Of a DNA stretch of 64,000 nucleotides, positions 21,559 through 31,009 are shown piece by piece (within the stretch, counting starts at the first letter, position 1; each line of letters begins with the position of its first letter). This DNA comes from Melioribacteraceae bacterium (lineage in GTDB: Bacteria; Bacteroidota; Ignavibacteria; Ignavibacteriales; Melioribacteraceae), in the NCBI GenBank assembly GCA_023230485.1, contig JALNXG010000007.1:813-64812 (forward strand), given 5' to 3'. Position numbers and translations under genes: made by a program. Below the pieces are notes generated by a model. It was not told the DNA's origin, did not search any database, and saw nothing but the letters and a program-made list of their open reading frames with translations.

Positions 21559-22824
21559 ATGAAAATCTGGAAATTATTCTTTTTGTTCCCTTCGCTTTTA
21601 ATAGCTCAAATTCAATATGATGATTATTTCACTGAAAAAACTATGCGTTTTGATTTTACTCATTTCGGAGATAAATATTCCGAAGAGATCGGATTCGATA
21701 AAATAATTGAAGAAGGAGATTGGGCTGGTACTAGAACGAACCTTATCGATCCATTCGGCTATGGAAATTATAAATTTATATTGAAAGACACTGATTCAAA
21801 TAAGGAAATCTTTTCTATGGGGTTCTCAACTCTCTTTATGGAATGGCAGACTACCGAAGAAGCAAAAACTGTAAAAAGAACTTACGAAGGTTCTATTCGT
21901 TTCCCATTCCCTAAAGCAAATTCTATTTTAGAAATTTATAGAAGAGATAAAAGAGGAGATTTCGTAAAAAAAATAGAATATAGTATAGACCCACAAAGTT
22001 ATTTCATTCATCATGAAATGAAATATCAATGCCCTAATTTCAAAGTACACTATTCGGGGAATAGTTATGAAAAATTGGATATTGTTTTTGTACCCGAAGG
22101 ATATACTAAAGAAGAGATGGGCAAATTCAAAAAAGATTGCGAAAGATTAAGTAAGTCATTATTTAGTTATGAACCATTTTCCAATTTTCAAAACAATATA
22201 AATGTATGGGGAGTCGAAGCTCCATCAAATGATTCAGGCACAGATATTCCAGGCGATAATGTTTGGAAAAATACCATTATGGGTTCTAATTTTTACACAT
22301 TCGATAGTGAACGTTATTTGATGACGACAAATTATTTTGATGTAAGAGATATTGCTGCAAATGCTCCTTATGATCAAATCTATATAATTGTAAATACTTC
22401 TAAATATGGTGGCGGAGCAATTTATAATTACTATTCTCTTACAGGTGCTGACCATAAATTAGCCGGACAAGTATTCGTACATGAATTTGGGCATGGTTTA
22501 GCAGGTCTCGCTGACGAATATTCAGGGGATGATACTTACCAAGATTTTTACCCATTAGATGTCGAACCATGGGAGCCGAACGTAACGACATTAGTAAATT
22601 TTGATAATAAATGGAAATCGATGATTGATAAAGATACACCAATTCCTACTCCTACTACTGATGAATTCAAAAACAAAGTTGGTGTTTTCGAAGGTGCAGG
22701 ATATGTCGCAAAAGGTGTTTATAGACCCTCTGTAAATAGTCTTATGAATTCATTTTCAGTAAATGAATTTAATCCGGTTTGTAAAAAAGTATTGAGCGAT
22801 TTCATTAACTATTATTCCAAATAA
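21559..22824 (+). CDS. Secreted zinc metallopeptidase, IgA-peptidase M64 family
   Basis: 421 aa. Signal peptide (LFFLFPSLLIAQ) and zinc motif VHEFGHGLAGLADEY. Confidence 0.75.
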   Translation: MKIWKLFFLFPSLLIAQIQYDDYFTEKTMRFDFTHFGDKYSEEIGFDKIIEEGDWAGTRTNLIDPFGYGNYKFILKDTDSNKEIFSMGFSTLFMEWQTTEEAKTVKRTYEGSIRFPFPKANSILEIYRRDKRGDFVKKIEYSIDPQSYFIHHEMKYQCPNFKVHYSGNSYEKLDIVFVPEGYTKEEMGKFKKDCERLSKSLFSYEPFSNFQNNINVWGVEAPSNDSGTDIPGDNVWKNTIMGSNFYTFDSERYLMTTNYFDVRDIAANAPYDQIYIIVNTSKYGGGAIYNYYSLTGADHKLAGQVFVHEFGHGLAGLADEYSGDDTYQDFYPLDVEPWEPNVTTLVNFDNKWKSMIDKDTPIPTPTTDEFKNKVGVFEGAGYVAKGVYRPSVNSLMNSFSVNEFNPVCKKVLSDFINYYSK

Positions 22825-22827
22825 TCA

Positions 22828-24066
22828 ATGATACAGAAAAAATTATACCGTGCTTTAGAAAATATTGCTTCCAAACATTTTAAAACTGAAAAAGAATTAT
22901 TGACTGAAATTCTTGAAGAACTTATTAACGATCCGAGAACAGATATTCTTGGTGGAAGAGTGTGGCAATTAAATTCCGTTGATCGTTCATATAAGTTATA
23001 TTTTCAATGTGGAAAAGTTCAGAAAATTCCTAAAGAGTTTGAAGTAAAATTAGATGACTATCCAATATTTTCCCAAATAACAGAAGAAAGAACCGTTCTA
23101 GCTAGTGAAACAAACGAAACTCTTATTTCAAAAGGTATATTTAAGTATTCTGCTTCGGGAGTCGGAATTAAGGTTCGTGTAAATGGACATAAATATTATG
23201 AATATCTTATCGCACTAAATAGTAATGAAATCGGGAAAGATCTAAGATATACATTAAATATTGTAGCTACCGTATTGACTTCTAAATTGCACGAGAGAAA
23301 AATTGCTCAATCACAGCTGCATTTAATTGCTGATTTAGATAAAGCGAAAGAATTACAAAGAAGTATTCTACCTGAGCATGAATATCGATTTCATAATTAC
23401 GATATATTTGGCGTTACTATTCCGGCTGAAATAATTGGCGGGGATTTTTACGATTACTTAAAAATTGGAGAAGAGGAAGATCGTCTTGGTATAGTGGTCG
23501 GTGATGCTGCTTCAAAGGGGATTGCCGCTGCTGCTGAAGCTATGTACATTTCAGGTGCTGTCAGAATGGCTTCTACTTTCCAAATGAAAATATCTCCTAT
23601 GATGAATCGTTTGAATCAACTCATTAATAAAATATTCAGTGATGATAAATTTGCAACAATATTTTATGGTGAATTATCCAACGATAAAAAAGGACTTTTT
23701 CTTTATGCAAATGCAGGACATAATCCACCACTTTTTTATAGTAAATACAAGAATAAATTTTCATATCTTCAACCAACTGGTCCATTAATTGGTCCGGCTC
23801 CAAATTCTAAGTATGAAACTGATAGTATCAATTTTTATAACGGTGATATTCTTGTTATATATACTGATGGTGTTGTAGAATCTGCAAATCATAAATATGA
23901 GTTTTATGAAGAGAAACGTTTAGAAAAAATTATTAAAAAAAATGTGGATAAAACTCCAAAGGAAATTGTAGCATTAATTCTTGATGATGTTTTACGCTTT
24001 TCAACTTCTGAAAGCCAGTATGTCGATGATAAAACTATTGTGGTTATTAAAAGGAAAGATAGATGA
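22828..24066 (+). CDS. PP2C/SpoIIE-family serine phosphatase with an N-terminal sensory (GAF-like?) region
   Basis: 412 aa with PPM/SpoIIE motifs GGDFYDY, VVGDAASKGIAAA, ANAGHNPP and YTDGVVE. The stop overlaps the next ATG (ATGA). Confidence 0.8.
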   Translation: MIQKKLYRALENIASKHFKTEKELLTEILEELINDPRTDILGGRVWQLNSVDRSYKLYFQCGKVQKIPKEFEVKLDDYPIFSQITEERTVLASETNETLISKGIFKYSASGVGIKVRVNGHKYYEYLIALNSNEIGKDLRYTLNIVATVLTSKLHERKIAQSQLHLIADLDKAKELQRSILPEHEYRFHNYDIFGVTIPAEIIGGDFYDYLKIGEEEDRLGIVVGDAASKGIAAAAEAMYISGAVRMASTFQMKISPMMNRLNQLINKIFSDDKFATIFYGELSNDKKGLFLYANAGHNPPLFYSKYKNKFSYLQPTGPLIGPAPNSKYETDSINFYNGDILVIYTDGVVESANHKYEFYEEKRLEKIIKKNVDKTPKEIVALILDDVLRFSTSESQYVDDKTIVVIKRKDR

Positions 24067-25376
24067 GCTTTTCTGAAAAAATATTTAATGCCGGCGTTGT
24101 TGGTGCCGGAGGAGCTGGTTTTCCAACTCATATAAAAGCTAATTCAAAAGTGGAATATGTTTTGGTTAATGGTGCTGAATGCGAACCATTAATCCATAAA
24201 GATGTTGAACTGATGAAAAATTTCCCATCTCAAATACTTGAGGGTGTAAGTGAAATGATGAAGAATACCGATGCAAAAAAGACTTACTTCGGTATTAAAG
24301 CTAAGAATAGCATAGCAATTGAAGAGATTGAAAAACATAATTCAAATAATAGAATAGAAACTTGTTTACTTGGTGATTTTTATCCATCAGGTGATGAATA
24401 TGAATTGGTTTATGCGGCGACAAAAAGATTAATACCACCTCATGGACTACCTTTAGATGTCGGTTGTGTCGTAAATAATGTTGAGACATTTTTTAATATT
24501 TCTAATGCTCTTAAAGATATTCCTGTAACTGAAAAAATTGTTACTGTAACCGGATTAGTAAAAGAACCGAAAACATTTTTTGCTCCTATTGGTACTTCAT
24601 TTAAAGACTTAATTGAATTTGCCGGCGGTGCTATTGCAAATGATTACGCAATATTTGTTAGTGGCATTCTCATGGGTCGCTTAACATTCGATTTAACTGA
24701 AGTAGTAACAAAAACAATTGCCGGAATTATTTTACTTCCGAAAGATCATTATTTAGTTACACGAATGAATCGCCCATTAACAAGTATGAACCGAATAGGG
24801 AAATCAGCTTGCGATCAATGTAGTTATTGCACAGAATTTTGTCCTCGTTACTTACTTGGCTATGACGTTCAGCCGCATAAAGTAATGCGGTCTCTACAAT
24901 TCTCAACAACAGGCGAAGCAGTTTGGAATCAATATGCTGATCTCTGCTGCTCATGCGGATTATGCTCATTATATGCTTGTCCAGAAGACCTTTACCCACG
25001 TGAAGCATGCGATCAAGGTAAAGCGGAATTAAGAAAAAATAATCAGAAATATATCCAGCCTAAACCGGTTAAGGTTCATCCGATTAAAGAGGGAAGAAGA
25101 GTTCCACTTAAACAGTTAATGAAAAGGATGGATGTCTTGAAATACGAACAGAAGACTCCGTTTACCGAAGGGAAACCCGAGCCGAAAATTATAAAGATAT
25201 TTTTGAAACAACATGTAGGTGTACCTGCATCATTGAATGTATTGGTAGGGGATAAAGTTTCAAAAGGGGATTTGGTAGGAAAAATGGATAACGGCAAATT
25301 AGGTGCTAATATACATTCATCAATTGATGGTATTGTAACAAGTGCAAATGATAATTTTATAATAATTGAAAGATAG
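24063..25376 (+). CDS. PduS/RnfC-like flavin Fe-S oxidoreductase
   Basis: 437 aa. Contains the 51K-type motif GVVGAGGAGFPTHIK and Fe-S motifs CDQCSYCTEFCP and CCSCGLCSLYACP. A C-terminal barrel-sandwich-like segment (VGDKVSKGDLVGKM...IHSSIDGIV) follows. The adjacent gene is PduT-like. Confidence 0.75.
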   Translation: MSFSEKIFNAGVVGAGGAGFPTHIKANSKVEYVLVNGAECEPLIHKDVELMKNFPSQILEGVSEMMKNTDAKKTYFGIKAKNSIAIEEIEKHNSNNRIETCLLGDFYPSGDEYELVYAATKRLIPPHGLPLDVGCVVNNVETFFNISNALKDIPVTEKIVTVTGLVKEPKTFFAPIGTSFKDLIEFAGGAIANDYAIFVSGILMGRLTFDLTEVVTKTIAGIILLPKDHYLVTRMNRPLTSMNRIGKSACDQCSYCTEFCPRYLLGYDVQPHKVMRSLQFSTTGEAVWNQYADLCCSCGLCSLYACPEDLYPREACDQGKAELRKNNQKYIQPKPVKVHPIKEGRRVPLKQLMKRMDVLKYEQKTPFTEGKPEPKIIKIFLKQHVGVPASLNVLVGDKVSKGDLVGKMDNGKLGANIHSSIDGIVTSANDNFIIIER

Positions 25377-25385
25377 CAGGCAATT

Positions 25386-25937
25386 ATGGAAATGAATTCA
25401 CTCGGATTAATAGAACTAACAAGTATAGCTGCAGGAATGCAGGCAGCTGATATAATGCTTAAAACCTCACAAGTTGAATTAGTACTTTCTCGAACAATTT
25501 GCTCAGGTAAATATATGGTGCTGATCGGCGGAGATGTAGCAGAAGTGCAAACAGCCGTTGATGCGGCAGTAAATCAAATCGATTTTGCTGTTATTGATAC
25601 ATTCGTTATACCGAATGTACATCCCGATATTTTCCCTGCATTAGCTGGGCATTCAAAAATCGATAAATTAGAGGCACTCGGAATTATCGAATCATTTTCG
25701 GTAGCTTCTTTAATTGAGGGAGCTGATGCAGCAATAAAATCTTCTAATGTAAAAATTATTGAGATTCGACTTGCTATGGCGTTGGGTGGCAAGGCATTTT
25801 GTACTTTAACAGGTGAAGTCGCCGCTGTTACAAGTGCAGTAGAATCAGGCGCTCAATTGATTGCTTCTAAAGGTTTGCTGGTGAATAAAGTAGTCATCGC
25901 TCAACCCCGTCCCGAACTCTTAAGTGAAATGATTTAG
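25386..25937 (+). CDS. Tandem BMC-domain shell protein, PduT-like (BMC-T)
   Basis: 183 aa with two BMC domains (LGLIELTSIAAGMQAAD... and LGIIESFSVASLIEGAD...). TICSGK contains Cys39 (25500-25502), matching the PduT pore [4Fe-4S] ligand context TICPGK as I recall it. Confidence 0.85.
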   Translation: MEMNSLGLIELTSIAAGMQAADIMLKTSQVELVLSRTICSGKYMVLIGGDVAEVQTAVDAAVNQIDFAVIDTFVIPNVHPDIFPALAGHSKIDKLEALGIIESFSVASLIEGADAAIKSSNVKIIEIRLAMALGGKAFCTLTGEVAAVTSAVESGAQLIASKGLLVNKVVIAQPRPELLSEMI

Positions 25938-25952
25938 TAATATTATATTCTT

Positions 25953-26966
25953 ATGCCTATAAATAAAGTTGGAATCGATAGCTATTCGCTTCGAAGTTTG
26001 GAATGCGATCCATTTAAAATGTTAGAATGGGTTAAAGAGAATGGTGGATCAGGAATCCAATTTACTGAGTTACATTTACCTAAAAAGGTAAAACTTGATA
26101 ATCATTTCTTAGAAGAATTGAAATCTTATTCTCAAGAATTAGATCTTTATTTGGAATGGGGAAGTGGTTTTTCATTACCATTCGACTTTAATACTAATCA
26201 TAATAAGAAGATATATAAACATAATCTTAATATTGTAAAACAGGCTTCAATATTAGGTTCGAAAATCGTTAGATGTTCCTCAGGAGGATTATTTAGATTT
26301 AATAAAAAATCAATTCCTTTAGATTATGTTATTTCTGAATCTGTAAAATCTTTTAATCAACAACTACCATTTTTAAGAGAGTATAATGTAACTTTAGCAA
26401 TTGAAACTCATTTTGAGTTAACTACTTTTGAGTTATTAAAGATATTCCAGAATTGTGATTTAGAAACGGGAAAAGAACTTGGAATTTGTCTTGATTCTCT
26501 TAATCTTCTTACTTTAATGGAACATCCGATTTATGCTACAAATAGAATTCTTGATTGGGTAGTTGCTACTCATATTAAAAATGGATTCATTTATTTGCAT
26601 AAATTGGGTTTTAATGTCATACCTTCTGAATTAAATAAAGGTGTTCTAAATTTAGGAAAAATTATTTCTTTATTAGATAAGTCAAAGAATCTAATAAATC
26701 TTTCGATAGAAGGACACGGTGGCGATTTTATCATTCCAATATTTAGTAAAACTAATAGAATTAAACTTCCTGATCTTACAAAGCAGGAATTTATGGAAAT
26801 ATTAAAATTAACTTCTTATTGCATCCTCAATAGAAATAAACTTAATAAATATGAAAGATCAGAATCAGAATGGGGGATTAATTGCTTAATTGAAATGTCA
26901 TCGGATATAAGTTATCTTATTGGATTAGTAGAAAAACTAAAAACTAAAAAATGTCATATGGATTAA
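25953..26966 (+). CDS. Xylose-isomerase-like TIM-barrel protein (sugar phosphate isomerase/epimerase family)
   Basis: 337 aa. Has weak but typical AP_endonuc_2-like features (VRCSSGG, LAIETHFE). The assignment is tentative. Confidence 0.55.
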   Translation: MPINKVGIDSYSLRSLECDPFKMLEWVKENGGSGIQFTELHLPKKVKLDNHFLEELKSYSQELDLYLEWGSGFSLPFDFNTNHNKKIYKHNLNIVKQASILGSKIVRCSSGGLFRFNKKSIPLDYVISESVKSFNQQLPFLREYNVTLAIETHFELTTFELLKIFQNCDLETGKELGICLDSLNLLTLMEHPIYATNRILDWVVATHIKNGFIYLHKLGFNVIPSELNKGVLNLGKIISLLDKSKNLINLSIEGHGGDFIIPIFSKTNRIKLPDLTKQEFMEILKLTSYCILNRNKLNKYERSESEWGINCLIEMSSDISYLIGLVEKLKTKKCHMD

Positions 26967-26968
26967 TA

Positions 26969-29900
26969 TCAACTATCAATTTTATAAACATCTTCTAGGA
27001 TGATTGTCATTAAATCGTCATCACTAAGTGAAAATAATCTTGATACTCTTTCTTCTTGATTGCTGATTGCTTTATACAAAATATTTCGTGCTGTGCGGGC
27101 ATTTCCAAATGACTTATCTTTCTTACTACATATATCATTAAATATATCTAATAGAATCTGAAGTGCCCCTTCATCCAATTTATAACCATTCTTTTCGGCA
27201 AGGTCTGCAACTATGCTAAGTAACTGTCTAGGATTGTAATCTTCAAAAACAAAAATATTATTAAAGCGAGATTCTATTCCCGGATTTGATTCTAATAATA
27301 CTTTCATATCATCAGTATATCCGGCAATTATAACAGCTAATTGACCTCCGCAGTCTTCCATTCTCTTCAAAAGTGTATCAATTGCTTCTTGACCGAAATT
27401 ATCACCGCCTCGAAATAGTGTATAAGCTTCATCAATAAATAGGGTACCACCGAGAGCTTCTTTAATTACCTTATCAGTCTTCGTTGCAGTCTGTCCCTGA
27501 TATCCGGCAACGAGACTTGATCTATCAACTTCTACTAAATGACCTTTTTGAAGAAGTCCAAGCTCTTTAAATATTTTACTAATTAATCGCGCTATCGTTG
27601 TTTTACCTGATCCTGGATTACCCATAAATACACAGTTAAGATTTTTTTCAATTACCTGCAGACCTCTTTCTTTTCTTAATTGTGCTACTTTAAGTCCACT
27701 CATCAATTTGAAAACACCTTGCTTAACATTTTCTAAACCTGTTAACTGACTTAGTTCATCGATATATTTTTGAAGTTCAAGTGGATCGCCTTTTACTTCA
27801 TATTCCTTAGCTTGATTCTCTTTCTTAGAAATTACATCTTGAATATCTTCTAACTCAATCTTATTGATTATCTCATCAGTTCTTTCAGCTTGCACAATAT
27901 CTGCAACTCGTAAAAGTAATTTAGTCTTTGCAGTCTCAATAATATTTCTTGCTATACGTGCGTTACCGAATTTTTTATCTCGATTCCTGTAAATCTCATT
28001 AAAGTGTTTGCTTAATTCTTCTTTAGCTTTTTCTGAGATAGTCTTTTTATCTTTTTCTAATGAAAGAGTAATGATAGTTGATAATTCTTCAGGTGTATAA
28101 TCCTCGAACATAAATGTTTTATTAAAACGAGAAAGCATTCCCGGATTACTATTAATAAAAACATTCATTTCGTCTGTATAACCGGCAGCGATACAAATAA
28201 ATTTACCCCTATCATCTTCCATTCTTTTGAGCAGAATATCGATTGCTTCTTTACCGAAATCATTTTCCCCACCTTCTTTTTTGACTAAAGCATATGCTTC
28301 ATCAATAAAAAGAGTGCCCCCAAAAGATCTATCAATTATTGCACTTGTTTTTTCGGCTGTTTGTCCCACATAACCGGCGACTAAACCTTGCCGATCAGTT
28401 TCTATCAAATGACCCTTTGGTAAAATTCCTAAAGCATTATATATTTTGCTAAAAATGCGTGCAACAGTTGTCTTACCCGTACCCGGATTACCAAGAAATA
28501 GAATATGCGAAATGAATTTTTGAGTTACATCTTCACCTTCTTCAATGAAGTAACGAACTAACTTTACTAAATCATTTATCTCTTTTTTTACAGATGAAAG
28601 TCCAACTAATTTATTTAGTTCCCCTAACGATTCTTTAAGGGCTTCTTCATTGATAGGGAGATGAACTTCACGCGCTTTCTCGCGAGTTATAATCGATTTG
28701 ATATCGTCAATTGTAAATAAATTTATAGAATCAGGAGTTCTTTCAGAATCATCGAGATTTAAAATCCTTTTACTGATTTTTATTTTAGCTTCTTCAAATA
28801 TTTTCCTTACTAATCGAGCATTACCAAATGATTTATCACGTGAACGATATAGATTAATAAATTCTTTTTTTAATAATTCTTTTGCTTCTTCATTAATCTT
28901 ATAATCTTCTTTTTCAATAAGATTATTAAAAATAATTAATAGTTCTTCTGGCGTATAATCTTCAAAAATAAAGGTATGAGTGAAACGTGATTTTAGTCCC
29001 GGATTTGAATTAAGAAATGTTTCCATATCATCTGGATAACCGGCGGCTACTACTGTAAACTCACCTTTTTTATCTTCCATTCTTTTTAGAATAATGTCAA
29101 TCGCTTCTTGACCGAAATCTTGACCGCTCCCTTTTTTTATAAGGGTGTAAGCTTCATCAATAAATAAAACACCGCCCATAGCTTCTGTAATTGCTTTATC
29201 AGTTTTTTGAGCAGTTTCGCCGATATATTGTCCCACTAAAGCTGCACGATCTACTTCTACTACATGCCCTTTTTCAAGAAAACCGAGTGCTCTTAGAATC
29301 TCTCCGATTAATCGTGCAATGGTTGTCTTACCTGTTCCCGGATTACCAATAAATACAGTATTAACAGCGATTTTGTCTTCTGTTTTTAATCCATGTAGTT
29401 TTCGCTGTTTCTGATAATCTAAAAATGTAATAAAATCCTTTATTGAATTTTTTATACTTGCTAATCCGGTATATGAATTGAGTTCTTCTAATAATTCATC
29501 AAGCGTTCTTAATGGGGCAGGGTTTGAGTCTTTTGATTCATTTTTTAGCTCTTCTTTATCTTCAATATCTTTATCCGCTGTCAAGTGTTCATCTTCTTCG
29601 ATAAGGTGATCGCTAATAATGAAATTTCTTTCACAGACCTTGAAATCATTTAAGTAAATTTCTACTCTTGCTTGACCCTTTTTCCATTCGTGTGTTTTAT
29701 CGCTTCCACACGATTGTGCAAAAATGATCGATTCCCATTCTTTCTTAACATTTAATCGAAAATTATTTCTTAATATTTCAAAATCATTCAAGTACCATAC
29801 TGCATAACAATTATATAATAGATCTTTCTTCTTATATGCAGGATTAGTAAGAATGATTTCAGACCCAATTCTATTCGATAATTCATCGAATTGCGAATAA

Positions 29901-30916
29901 TATTTTCGCTCTCCATTATCCTTATCTTTTATTGCATCAAACAATTTAAGAGAAACTACCTCGGCGTATTCATTTGGGTAAATGATAGTTTCTGATTTTA
30001 ATTTTATCTCATCTTTTGGTAGTTCTCTTTTCCCTGATTTTTTAATTCTTTTTTCATCAGTAGAAGAAGAAAAAGTATTTTCAGTAGCCGATTCGCTATT
30101 CTTTGTGCTTTGTTTTTTTATAAGATTATAGATATTAACGAACTCTTTAGTAGCACCTAACTCATCTTTAAGCAATTCTGCTTTCTTAAGAGCGGGCTTT
30201 ATTTGAAATAAATAAAACATCGATTCTAGTTCTTTAACGTGCAATGCTGCTTTTAATTCAGAGGGGAGTTTCACCTTTTGTAATAGTTGTGATATATATA
30301 GTGAATACCAATACTCCTTTTGCTTAATTGCTTCATTAAGTGAAGTGACAATTTCTTTAATTTCAGGTAGGATTAATTTGTTCTTTTTGCCAATAATACT
30401 AATCGCATTTTCAAGAAATGATTTGGTAATATTTAATTTCTCATTCTCGCCATCTTCGAATATTACTGCTAATTCTAATACATTTAATGCTTCTTCAAAC
30501 TTACTCAGACCTGCTAACGCTTTCACTTTAGAGATATAAGTATCTGCTAAATATTTTTTTTCTTCTTCGATTGTTTTATCGATATCGGTAATAGCACCTT
30601 CATAAATGCTCATTCTATTGAGTATGAATGCTCTATAATAACGAGCTTTACGAGTATCGCCTTTAAGCTCTAAAGCAAGATTGGCAAATTCCATTGCCTT
30701 TGCAGGATATCCATTCTCTAATAAAGCAAGCGCATAACAGATTGCAGCATCCGAATCGTCAGGCATCGCATTTATTACTTTTTCAGCATTTGTTAATGCT
30801 AGTCGATATCTTCCATTCCAGAGATGTTCGTATGCTTCTTGTAATAATATATTTATGTTTTCGTTCATCAAAAAGTATTTTTTAGTACCGAATAGTAAGA
30901 AATCAAAAAATATCAA
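26969..30916 (-). CDS. TPR protein with three tandem CbbX/SpoVK-type AAA+ ATPase modules
   Basis: 1315 aa on the ORF track; the ATG at 30868 (MNENINILL) is the more likely start. Modules have Walker A GNPGTGKTT (K530), GNPGTGKTT (K815) and GNPGSGKTT (K1105). Each is followed by LFIDEAY (Walker B) and preceded by an L-x-x-L-x-GL-x-x-VK lead-in. The N-terminal ~260 aa are TPR-like. Residues ~305-440 are an unassigned beta-rich region. Confidence 0.85.
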   Translation of the reverse strand: MIFFDFLLFGTKKYFLMNENINILLQEAYEHLWNGRYRLALTNAEKVINAMPDDSDAAICYALALLENGYPAKAMEFANLALELKGDTRKARYYRAFILNRMSIYEGAITDIDKTIEEEKKYLADTYISKVKALAGLSKFEEALNVLELAVIFEDGENEKLNITKSFLENAISIIGKKNKLILPEIKEIVTSLNEAIKQKEYWYSLYISQLLQKVKLPSELKAALHVKELESMFYLFQIKPALKKAELLKDELGATKEFVNIYNLIKKQSTKNSESATENTFSSSTDEKRIKKSGKRELPKDEIKLKSETIIYPNEYAEVVSLKLFDAIKDKDNGERKYYSQFDELSNRIGSEIILTNPAYKKKDLLYNCYAVWYLNDFEILRNNFRLNVKKEWESIIFAQSCGSDKTHEWKKGQARVEIYLNDFKVCERNFIISDHLIEEDEHLTADKDIEDKEELKNESKDSNPAPLRTLDELLEELNSYTGLASIKNSIKDFITFLDYQKQRKLHGLKTEDKIAVNTVFIGNPGTGKTTIARLIGEILRALGFLEKGHVVEVDRAALVGQYIGETAQKTDKAITEAMGGVLFIDEAYTLIKKGSGQDFGQEAIDIILKRMEDKKGEFTVVAAGYPDDMETFLNSNPGLKSRFTHTFIFEDYTPEELLIIFNNLIEKEDYKINEEAKELLKKEFINLYRSRDKSFGNARLVRKIFEEAKIKISKRILNLDDSERTPDSINLFTIDDIKSIITREKAREVHLPINEEALKESLGELNKLVGLSSVKKEINDLVKLVRYFIEEGEDVTQKFISHILFLGNPGTGKTTVARIFSKIYNALGILPKGHLIETDRQGLVAGYVGQTAEKTSAIIDRSFGGTLFIDEAYALVKKEGGENDFGKEAIDILLKRMEDDRGKFICIAAGYTDEMNVFINSNPGMLSRFNKTFMFEDYTPEELSTIITLSLEKDKKTISEKAKEELSKHFNEIYRNRDKKFGNARIARNIIETAKTKLLLRVADIVQAERTDEIINKIELEDIQDVISKKENQAKEYEVKGDPLELQKYIDELSQLTGLENVKQGVFKLMSGLKVAQLRKERGLQVIEKNLNCVFMGNPGSGKTTIARLISKIFKELGLLQKGHLVEVDRSSLVAGYQGQTATKTDKVIKEALGGTLFIDEAYTLFRGGDNFGQEAIDTLLKRMEDCGGQLAVIIAGYTDDMKVLLESNPGIESRFNNIFVFEDYNPRQLLSIVADLAEKNGYKLDEGALQILLDIFNDICSKKDKSFGNARTARNILYKAISNQEERVSRLFSLSDDDLMTIILEDVYKIDS

Positions 30917-31009
30917 AAGATTTGCTAATAATCTAAACTTATTTTAATGAGATAATTTTAACTTTTTCATTTATATTTCGTCTAATAAGATAACGAAATA
31001 GAGGAAGAT

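Noticed and set aside
24063-25937. Interpretation as a complete bacterial microcompartment locus
   Set aside because: Only one shell gene (BMC-T) is present. There is no BMC-H gene, BMC-P gene or signature enzyme in the 64 kb. I report it as an orphan or satellite module instead.
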